DNA of 60,226 nucleotides, the filler included, from Catajapyx aquilonaris (lineage: Eukaryota), in the NCBI GenBank assembly GCA_000934665.2. It is 2 parts of 2 records of this genome, joined end to end, with 100 filler letters (N's around TTAATTAATTAA, not from the genome) between each part and the next. Parts side by side here need not be neighbours in the genome. Positions count along the whole stretch, not along the records: positions 30,139 to 60,226 come from JYFJ02004705.1; 1 more part is not named here. One strand, given 5' to 3'. Positions 32,965 to 43,029 of the stretch are shown here, piece after piece. Every line of letters begins with the position of its first letter. Within the stretch, counting starts at the first letter, position 1. The position numbers and the translations under genes were made by a program. The notes below the pieces were generated by a model. That model ran no database searches. It worked only from the letters and a program-made list of their open reading frames with translations, and was not told where the DNA came from.

Positions 32965-35900
32965 TCAGAATATTCCAAATGGAACCACCAAGTCTTCCTT
33001 GTGCTCCACTTTTAAATCTGACATGGACTTTGTGACCCTGTCCATGGCACTTGACATCTGCAACAGAGTAAAACAATTATGCATGATCTCTACCATCACT
33101 TTCAAATGGGAAACATTTATCTGTCACTATTTCAGGGGTCAAATTATTCGGATGCAAAGGTGCAATTTGCACTCCAGTTGGTCCTGCATTTAAACATGGC
33201 AATACCCAGTAATAAAAAATTAAGCACTCCAAGTACGTAATTTGCACTCCAGATAAAAGCAAGGGGGGGGNNNGGGGTAGTCAGTGTATACCTTCGTGGG
33301 TAGTCCGAGGGGTAGTCCGAAGCGTAGTCTGACTGGGTAGTCCGGGGGGTAGTCAGGGGTAGTCCGAGGTTAGTCCGGTAGTCCGTGTACGCAAAAAATG
33401 TAAGTGAATAACCCCTGGGATAAAAGTCTGGAGTGCAAATTTGCATCTGGACAATATCATCAGAATTCAACCCCTGCTATTTCATTAGTGATTTCAAGGT
33501 GCTGTGGGAGATGAAGTCAATAATCTGACACACTCTGGAGTCTAGAGCATACATTGTAGGCAAAGACCTAATATAATTTTAAATGCATGCAGATTTTTTT
33601 GAAGCAATAAAGTATCACCAAGTACCAGAGCATGATCAGCTGGTGAGATAGGCTCAGAGGCCAGCAGTCTCTCTGCTGCTGAGCTAGGGATGTCCGCTAG
33701 TTGGGGGACATGCTGTCTGGTGTGGACATATTTCGGTGCAACTGCATTTGCAATCGTATGGATGCGAGCTGCATATTGGCGAGCACGATCGACATACTCA
33801 TGTTGCTCCAAGTTATGGGAATCTAGTGCAGCCACATCAATGACATTGCTGAGGGGAAAAAAATTTAATCAATACTTGCAAATATTTCTAACAAAATTAA
33901 AATGTACAAAGATAAACAGCTTTGGAATCAAACAAGGAGGGTTACTATGAACACTTGATTGTTAAATTCATCATCATGAATGTGTTATCAGCAAGGAAAT
34001 GGTCCAGACACTTGCGGTAGGCTTAGGGTTATCCCGACCACCAATTGAGGGCACTATGCAATACTTGTGCAAGTCTGAGATTTTTTTTTTTTTAGAGAGA
34101 AAAGTGTCTATATGATCAGGACACTTTTCTCATCATTTGAATATCTGATTAAGAGCAGATATTGCCTTATGTAGGGGAGGTGTCTGATAACCTAACCTCC
34201 TGGGGGGACTGCACATGACCCACTTACTGACATTGCACATGCACCAGGGTCCCCTCCCCAAATACCCCAATCCTTACCCAATGTCCTTGATTCCCTGCAC
34301 CGGAGTTCGAACAAAAATGGAAAAATAATACAGAAAATATGGTGGTGTCCCATCCCCCTAAAAGAGCTTATGGCTCTAGCACAGGGTAGCAAAAAATGTT
34401 AAAAAATAAAATAAAAAATTGCCTTATGTACCAGAAAGCTTGACACATCTGTTTTTCAGAAAGGCCTAATTATGTGCTGAATGGAACTAATGCCCATATG
34501 GAAACTCACCATCAGACTGTTATATAATATTACTCACCATGCTGTCTCATGTAGTATCCTATTTAACGCTGATTGCTCGTCAGTCTTTTTAGGCAGAGAG
34601 TTAGGGTACCGATTGCTGTAGTCATCACTGAGGAAAGATAAAAGACATGATTTTAAATTATTATTACCAAGAGATATTTGATATCATGTATTTCAACATG
34701 ATATGCATTGATCAGTTGATTAGGTGCAGTCAATAAAAACGAGCCGTATTTATTGCGGAAAACCTATGGGACAGGGATAACCGTCAAACTTCAAAGAAAA
34801 TTATGCACATGCGTATGTGTGGCCAGAGGGAGCAGGCATCGCAACTTGTGATTAAAAGGGACGCAACCCAAAGCTCCATCCAGTCAATAAAAAATGAGCT
34901 GAAGGCTATATCAATGTAACATTCAACCTTTTTTCAAGAGCATTGCCTGTGATGATTTAGACATTTATCCCACTGAGACACTAGACCTACAATGGTCCCC
35001 TCATAGGAATACATGGGTTGTTCATGGAACCACATCCAAACTCTCTCCTTCACTTCATTGTCCATCTGGAATTGGCATCCTTGCTAAAGCTTTCTTCAGT
35101 TCACCAAAAACATGAAAGTCACAGGGGGACAGGTCGGTACTGGAGTGGGAGATGGCAGAGGTCTTCTCACTTCAATTTATGCACAAGATCTTTGATGGTT
35201 TTCGGTGCATGAAAGGCAGGCATTATCATGGAATTTTTGCACGCAAAGATTGCGCCTGGGCAGCCCTTTTGGTCTGTCGCCTTCCTTCTGATCACATGAT
35301 GCGATGCTTGCTCCCTCTAGTGTCTAGTCGCACATGCAGGAGCATAATTTTATTTAAGATTTGAAGGTTTTCCCTGCCATTCGGCATTATTGTCTAGGTT
35401 TTCCAACTTCAAATGACGTCATATGGAAGTTATCGCGGGCTGCCTACATAGGCGGCCTGCCCTTACCTCGATCATACAGGGTGCTCAAAAACTCGCGGAA
35501 AGTGGCCACGTAGCCTGATAGGACTCGTAAAACTAATATAGGGATGTGGAAGTAGTTTTGGGCTAACTTGCATAGTTTTTGCGTACGATGCCCTTAAGAT
35601 TTCGGAAGTTTCATGATGCCACATCCGCCTTGAGACCCCATTGCGTCATCATACATGTTGTTGTGGCTGTTGCCATTGGCACTGATTATTGTTGCGAATA
35701 TTGTCAACTGTGATTGTTGAGAAATAAACAACGATTCAGTCTGGCAATTGAGGTGTCGACTTTTCCTGCGTTCCAAAGTTTCTCACAAATCGTTGTTTAT
35801 TTTTCAACAATCACAGTTGACAATATTCGCAACAATAATCAGTGCCAATGGCAACAGCCACAACATGTATGATGACGCAATGGCGTCTCAAGGCAGATGT

Positions 35901-37155
35901 GACGTCATGAAACTTCCGAAATCTTAAGGGTGTCGAACGCAAAAACTATGCAAGTTAGCCCAAAACTACTTCCACATCCCTATATTAGTTTTGCGAGTCC
36001 TATCAGGCTACGCGGCCACTTTTCGCGGTTTTTGAGCACCCTCATCGTTTGGTTTACCGACTCCTAGTCAACGGAAACCTGTCGAACGTACTCCTGGAAC
36101 TGCTCACTTTTCACGTTTCCATGGAAATGCCCTCACGCAACAATAGGAATTAAAAGTGTTCTTTTTGTTGGCATTGTTTACTTCAATTGTTGTATGAAGG
36201 CATTTCAATGGAAATGTGAATGTGGGGTTCCAGGAGTAATAATGGATACCCCGTGATAGGCCCCTTGGGCCCCTTAGGGGATCATCTTTTGAATAACCGT
36301 CTTTAATCATTGCCATAGCTGTGATGGATTTTGATTGCGGGAGGAAACGGGAGAACCCCGAGAAAACCCACGCGAACACGGAGAGAACCCATCGAAACTC
36401 TATCCACATAAGTATCCTCCGTCCGACCCGGGGATCGAACTGGGGACCTTAGAGGTGGAAGGCTGCGGCGCTAACCCCTCGGCCACCGTGTCGCCCAGGT
36501 TCCAGGAGTACGTTTGACAGATTTCCGTTGACTAGGAGTTGGAAAACAAAACGATGACATAGGGTTGAAGTAAGGGCATTATGTAAATGCAGATTTTCTC
36601 TGCAAACTTATGAGTGAATCTTCACGGTGCCCTCTTCTCCTATCCACAGAAAGTGACCTTTTCATCCACATCTGCCCGTGGGAACCAACGTTATCGAACA
36701 TCCTTTCATGACAACCACCCAGTTCTTGGCTGCATACAGGCATGTGACTGGGCAAATAGGCAACTCTCTGTGGATATGGGAGTCATTTTTACTGGCAACT
36801 ACGGTCACAGCCATTCAATTGTGCAGCAGTCATTGAACACGATGAGTAGATCCACCCATCGCAACTGATCGACCTCAAAACAACCAACTCTGCGCAACGG
36901 TATTTGTCCAGATGCAGGGTTTGGAAAGTAATGCAGCGAGTGCGTTTGTGGTCACCTCTGCGCTCGTTGTACTGGTGTGTTGTTGCTGACTGGGTTGCCC
37001 AGCAGGTGCGTCCTCTCATTGGAGTCCCCAGCCTGAAAGTGAGCGAGCGAGCGAGGGTATTACAACAGGATTCCGTTTGGAGGTGCACGTGATGTAAGCC
37101 CACTATGGTTTACCTGCGAGCTGTCGTCCTCCCGGCAGCTGAAGCAGCAGCCCAT
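32965..37155 (-). CDS. LAMTOR1: Ragulator complex protein LAMTOR1 (p18)
   Basis: Exons 37114-37155, 36956-37032, 34538-34627, 33626-33848 and 32965-33057 (525 nt, 174 aa), all GT-AG. N-terminal MGCC myristoyl/palmitoyl motif, ERTHLL dileucine signal, TDEQSALNRIL, NVIDVAALD and C-terminal KVEHKEDLVVPFG. Confidence 0.93.
33133..33476. mobile_element. hAT-like MITE with an internal GGTAGTCC tandem array
   Basis: Ends CAGGGGTCAAATT / AATTCAACCCCTG; inner IR ATTTGCACTCCAGA / TCTGGAGTGCAAAT; repeated (G)TAGTC units at 33276-33390. Confidence 0.6.
34174..34417 (+). mobile_element. SINE family B, internally deleted copy
   Basis: Starts GGGGAGG, lacks the tRNA boxes, and resumes at cctcctggggggactgcacatgaccc (as near 19170). 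13-bp TSD ATTGCCTTATGTA at 34161-34173 and 34418-34430. Confidence 0.82.
35477..36042. mobile_element. Tc1/mariner-type foldback MITE (about 260-bp arms, about 50-bp loop)
   Basis: TA|CAGGGTGCTCAAAAA ... TTTTTGAGCACCCT; arms 35477-35736 and 35788-36042 are near-perfect reverse complements. Confidence 0.9.
36239..36497 (-). mobile_element. SINE family A (V-domain-like), copy 2
   Basis: A box TGGCCGAGGGGT, B box AGTTCGATCCC, core GTTCTCTCCGTGTTCGCGTGGGTTTTCTCGGGGTTCTCCCGTTTCCTCCCGC. 13-bp TSD GGTTCCAGGAGTA at 36226-36238 and 36498-36510. Confidence 0.9.
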
Positions 37156-37719
37156 CCTCCTCGCCCCTCTGAATCCCCAATTATTATTAAAAACACACGG
37201 GCCCTGGCATCAACTACTCACTTCCCGGCGAAGTCATGTGAACTTGGGATGACGCGTTCAGTAAATCTCTGAGCCGATTTATTATCGCCACGGGCAGAGA
37301 TGCCAGACTGGACAAGGCCAGCTCGAAGCCCAGGAGGCTACGGGGCACTGCGCGCGGACATCTTGGAGAGCCGATCATCTCCGAACCAATCACAGTCCTC
37401 ATTGGTGGTCACGGGGTCGAGGGTCACGTGATGTAATTAGCATAATCCACTCCAAAAATTGTGCGACGCACATTACACTGGATGCAAATTAAGGCATAAT
37501 TTAGTGTAACCAGCAGGTTTTTACTAATAATGAGGCGTGAAAATATGAATGAGCATCATGGAAGGTGTAAACGCACCTCAACCCAGCCTCACAAGGGACG
37601 CGAAATTATTGTGATGACAAAATTACCTACCTATCAATAGTGCACATTTAAAGATTTGGGCATTGAACTCGGTGTTTGCATAATTATCGCTCCTCCAGTT
37701 CCCTGTCCATCGGGATAAA
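37156..37719. promoter_or_regulatory. Bidirectional promoter region LAMTOR1/NARS2
   Basis: Head-to-head ATGs about 560 bp apart; CCAAT at 37386, ATTGG at 37401, GTCACGTGAT at 37423-37432 and M-box GTCATGTGA at 37232-37240. Confidence 0.6.
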
Positions 37720-39364
37720 ATGGCGTTGTTCCCATTCCCAGCGCTTGAAACATGGCGCCCTCCTTGCGACGACAAGTGTGGTGAGGTCCCGTCCGCGGTC
37801 CCGTGCTCGAAGATGCAGGCACGTCATTGCCTGAGGAGCGTGAAGGAAATACTGGCGAAACTGCCTGTCAACACACGTGTCGTTGTTCATGTGAGTTCAA
37901 TTGGTTATACATGTCGCAGTGTGCGGAGTTACTTGAGAAAGGATGCGACAATAAATTTGACTGGACTGTCGGTAATTCTGTGGATTAAAAAAAAAAAAAA
38001 AGTGAAAATGTTTAGATCCTCGCAAGCAGATTTTAATTGTATTTGTTTAAACCACAAAATAGCATGACATTTTATTGCAGGGATGGATCAAGTCAATTCG
38101 GAAGCAGAAGGAGCTTACTTTCATCCAGGTCAACGATGGTTCTGGACCTGGAAAGCTGCAGGCTGTCATTCCCACAACGCAGGTGCCTCCTGACATGACA
38201 CACCAGTCAGCTGTCAAACTAGAAGGCACATTGGTTCCAACCCCTGAGCGACCACAGCCGTCAGAGTTGCATGTTGAAGATGCTGCTGTGATTGGGAGAT
38301 GTCCAGCTGACTTCCCATTCGCACCAAGAAAAACCTATCCTGCTGATTACATCAGGAATTATCTGCACCTGAGACCTAAGACAGAACAGTTTGCAAGTCT
38401 GTTGAGGGTCAGAGATTCGGTCCACTCGGGGCTAAATGACTTCTTCCATAAAAATCGTTTTGTGAAGATTGATGTTCCAGTGATTACGAGCAATGACTGT
38501 GAAGGTGCTGGTGAAGTTTTTGCCATCTTGCCAGCCAACAAAGGCCTGATTAATGAGATGAGAGGTGATCAACAGATGGAGGATGATGCTGCATTTTTTG
38601 ACAAGCGTGTCTTTCTCACAGTTTCCGGTCAGCTTCACTTGGAAGCAGCAGCAAATGCACTTTCAAAGGTATACAGCATTGGGCCGACATTTCGTGCTGA
38701 AAATCAACAGTCAAAACGCCACCTTTCAGAGTTTTACATGGTTGAGGCAGAGCTAGCTTTCCAGAATGCAATAGATGGCATTCTCCAAACAATGGAAAGC
38801 ATGATAAAGCATGTCCTGAAACATGTTCTGAATTCATGTGAAAGGGATATCAAGTTGTTTGTCACCAATGGGTTTGCACACATCCTGGACTCCCAATTTG
38901 CAACAATAACATTCAAGGAAGCATCAGATATATTGGAACAGCACTCCAGCCAATTGCAAAACCCTTTCAAGAGGAACGGTCTCAACCGTGAACAAGAACT
39001 CTTCCTAGTGAAACACTTGGAACGACCAGTGTTTGTTGTTGATTGGCCTTCACAGCTCAAGCCTTTCTATGTGCGTCAAAAAGAAGATCGTATATCTGAA
39101 TCAGTTGATTTGCTCTTCCCTGAGGTTGGGGAGCTTTGTGGAGGGAGTCTCCGTGAGCAGTCTTACGAGGCATTGAAGGACAGACTCAAGTCAGAGGGTC
39201 AGCTGGATGATTTAGGTTGGTATCTTGAACTCCGTAAGTTTGGTGGAGTTCCTACTGGTGGGTTTGGGATGGGGTTGGAAAGATTGCTTCAATTTATGCT
39301 CCACATACCAAACATTAGGGAGGCCATACCATTCCCAAGGTGGCCACACAATTGTACCCTGTAA
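37720..39364 (+). CDS. NARS2: Asparaginyl-tRNA synthetase, mitochondrial
   Basis: Exon 37720-37890 (CAT|gtgagt) plus exon 38081-39364. Class IIb motifs GWIKSIRKQK (OB fold), DCEGAGEVF, LTVSGQLHLE, PTFRAEN and GGFGMGLERLL. The start codon is uncertain (alternative ATG at 37813). Confidence 0.92.
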
Positions 39365-40292
39365 CTAGGAGATGTATTAAAGTACTAAGCCTTGTAAGAG
39401 AATATATTTATTTTGCCCCTTCATAATGTGGAAGGTGCCATTTAATATTTTGCATTGATAAGTAAATTATTTAACTACATATTCAAGTTTCTAAGTTTTT
39501 ATACTGAAAGGTTTCTGCCTGGTTCTCTCTAGGCTTACACTATCAAGCCTTGAGCATTGTGAATACCCATTCACTTCCCTCTTTGGCTTGACGGCATTGC
39601 AACAGATAATAGTTCAATAATTCAAGCAACAGAAATATCAGAGGGTGGATTCTCTGGAATGCCACTTATTAGATTGTAATAACAGACCTTAAATGACATA
39701 AGAATTGCTTACAGGCATCCATAAAATAATTAATGAACATGATTGTAAGCCTCATACTCACTAATGCAGTTTCTCTCATATCTATAATCACATACAGATT
39801 TTATTTCTGTCTCGAAAATTTACTTTCCTGGCATGTGCGTAACTTGCTGTTTGCTGATCAAGGTATAAAAAACCACTCAGCTTCTTGAAACACAAGGCTA
39901 ATAATATACCATATTTAGAACACAATAGTCATGATTTCGCATCCTTACTTGGTCCATCCCATTTGTATGGAGGCACCTGATTCGACTGACACTTTGATCA
40001 TAAAAGATAGCACCAACTGGCTATTTGGAAATGGGTAAAGTACACTCATAAAATAAGAATAAGTTTTGACCACACACCAGCAAGAAGTGTTGCAACCAGT
40101 AATGAAAAGAAACATTGGCACAGGTGTTGCACAATTTTGTACCCAGCTTGATGAAATGAACCAGAACTGTGCCATAAAATTTTTAATGTACATAAAGTGG
40201 ATGAATCATAATTTAGGGACTTGCTTGTGAAATGTGCTTTAAAATGCATTCCATGTCACTTTTTCCCTGCCTTATTTTGAAGGTATGAATTT

Positions 40293-41891
40293 CTATTCTG
40301 AAAAAAATGCACTGAGAAGTTCATCGGCTGCTCTGCCTGGAGTAATAATTTCATCCTGAACGTCCTGCTCTAGGTCAGGAAGAATTTCCTTGACTGTTTT
40401 GTGCTGTTTGAATTCCTGTAACAATATGACACATAATTGAAGTCTTCAACGTACGTGATTCATAGATGAGAAAAACAGAACACTGGTAATGATTAACATG
40501 ATCCAATTTACACCTCCTATATAATGTATGACCTCAAGACACAAGTCTGGGAAGGACTTATATGTTGTATTATTTAAGTAAATCAGTCACTGAATGAATG
40601 CTGTTGATTGCACTATTGCAACTATGCTGATATAGGAGGACAGGATACACTGTATCTTACAGTTCAGCAGTGCTTACACCAACACACATGACCACCAATC
40701 TTGAGTATGCACTGGCAAAATTTTAAACTACAGTAAGGAAGTTCTCTAGTCCAGCCAAGAAAAAGGAGTGCAAACAAGTTTTCCACAACATACCTGAAGG
40801 ATACTGTCGCTGATTTCAGTCCACATCCAAATTTTCTTCTGTTCTCTCCGCTTCCGTCTCAACTCACCACTTTCGCTCATTACATTCCTGAAATCACACA
40901 TGGCCTCCCATACTTGAGGTATCCCTGATTTGGTCAAAGCTGATGCCCTCAAGACTTTAGGACGCCACAGACTGGGTGTCCGCCTCATATACTTCAGAGC
41001 TGATGTGTACTCATACTGCACTCGTTGGGCTGCTGGAATCAAATCGCCATCATTCTTTGTAACAACTAAGAGATCTGACCGCTCAACAATTCCCCGCTTG
41101 ATTCCTTGAAGCTCATCCCCACCACCAGGCGACAGCAATAACACAAACATGTCTGTCATGTCTGCTGTTGAGTGCTCCGACTGACCAACACCAACTGTTT
41201 CCACAATCACCACATCATACCCAGCACATTCGAACAATGAAATGCACTCTGTGGTGGCTCTGGTTGCTCCTCCAAGATGACCACCAGTTGGGGAGGGACG
41301 AATGAATGCGTTTGGATCACGTGTCAGTTCAGGCATACGAGTCTTGTCTCCAAGCAGTGATCCACCTGTTATGACTGATGATGGGTCAACGGCCAGGACA
41401 GCCACTCGCAGGCCCAGGCTGGTCAGATGCTTGCCCCATGTTTCAATGAACGTGGACTTGCCACTGCCTGGGGCACCTGACAATCCTGCAATATATATTG
41501 CACATCAGTGTGGACTCATGCAGAGAATTATACACTGCACTACTCCGTGCTATCTTTTTTCACGCCAAACTGTTTGGCAACAACAACTGGTAATACCAAT
41601 GCGAAATGAAGGCAGGATCCCTCTTCCTCCTCTCTCGTGCTGCCCACGGTTGTGCTCCAGGGTGAGGTTGAGCAGCTCCTGCGCCTTGTGCCTGGAAGCG
41701 GGTTGACTCGACTCGACCAGCGTGATGGCCCGTGCCAGGCAGCTCCTCTTCCCGTCCCTCATACCCTTGAACAGGTCCTCCACTTCTGCCCTGCTGCCCT
41801 CCCTGCTCTGTGAGGACGAGGAGCACCTGCGCCAATGCACCATCAGCCAGCGGGCCTTGCTCAGCACTCTGCTCTGAATGGCAGCCGCCAT
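40293..41891 (-). CDS. MMAA: Methylmalonic aciduria type A protein (MeaB-family G3E GTPase), mitochondrial
   Basis: Exons 41597-41891, 40794-41485 and 40293-40415 (369 aa), GT-AG. Motifs [63 protein letters not shown] and TKND; Arg-rich presequence. Confidence 0.94.
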
Positions 41892-41997
41892 CGCTGGGAT
41901 ATTATTTCCTGGAGTATTTGATCGACTTTCCTGCGGTCAACCACGTTACACACGTTACATGTGGCACACCAGGGATTTAAATGACTACTGCCATCTC

Positions 41998-42022
41998 CAT
42001 CGATAGCGCTAATCTATCGATA
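41998..42022. promoter_or_regulatory. DRE elements upstream of MMAA
   Basis: TATCGATA at 42015-42022 and near-match CATCGATA at 41998-42005, about 110-130 bp upstream of the ATG. DRE is a typical insect housekeeping-promoter motif. Confidence 0.55.
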
Positions 42023-43029
42023 CCATCGCAATACTACGGCCACTTTTGGCGGGCATATTCGAACCGTGTTCAAAGCGGTTCAAAGCTAACCAACACTAGA
42101 AATGTGAAGCTTTTGGGCGAAGAAGAGAGGCATGTGCACCAACCTCGTTACTTTTATAACAAAAAAGTCAACAAAAACTGCATCCCATATCGTTTGAGTG
42201 TGTGGCTGTGAGTGACGCTGATAGAAAATATCCCTACCAATCATTGTGTTCACAGTTCACTAAATTCAGTCACACCAAGTTACACTCTACCTGGGTGACT
42301 CCCTCCTGATTATTGGCAGGTTGGCAAATACATATGCATGCAAGTCACGTCCTTGGTTTAACATTCCCCAAGTGGAAAGTGATGGAGTAGTAGGATTTAC
42401 AATAAAAGAAATTATTATCAGAAAAATTGTCATATGAAACTTTCTTTCATGATATATTACAACAACATTTCCATCACTACATAGGCTCCTGTGTTACAAT
42501 TACATGATGCAGAGCCTGGTTCAATCTTGCAAGTTCCATATCTCAGCAACAGTTGGCATCTGAAAAAATTTAATTAAGGCAGAATTATTTTCAAGCAGGC
42601 AAGCAATGGGGACCACTAACTTAGAAGAAAAGTATTCAGCACAGTCAGCTTGAATGGGAAAACACTACGGCGAATGAGGTATCCATCCGTGTATGACAGG
42701 GATGGCAGCATGGCACACAATACTTGTTATACTGTATGTGGCAGGATATACTGTGTATTTTTCAATGCACATAACAATATGCCTGAAGAAAGCCCACATC
42801 GTTATTATTACGAGCCAATGTACTATTGGCAATACAATTCCCAAATGCTTAACTCCATACGAAATCCCTTTTAAACATATCGCCCTTGACCCAACTTTCT
42901 CAGATTTCTTTGGAATTTTGTGCATAGTTAAGATATCATGGAGGTATCAACCACTTATCAAATCTTTCTATTCTCAGTCCCACGAGTAAAAGAGATGTAA
43001 TTACAGGTTTCTTATCTTACCTAGTATTT

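Larger units (their letters stand above)
35458..36578. mobile_element. Host MITE (TIRs about 80 bp) carrying two nested insertions
   Basis: TGCCCTTAC...CATA[insert]CATCGTTTGGTTTACCGACTCCTAGTCAACGGAAA...CCTGGAAC mirrors GTTCCAGGAGTACG...AAACGATGACATAGGGTTGAAGTAAGGGCA. Confidence 0.75.

Noticed and set aside
33276..33390. Short tandem GGTAGTCC repeats resembling an array
   Set aside because: Degenerate subterminal repeats of a MITE with no unique spacers; not CRISPR-like.
34500..34537. Second ATG|GTGAGT donor 28 nt after LAMTOR1 exon 3
   Set aside because: Its use would include an in-frame stop, and there is no evidence of function.
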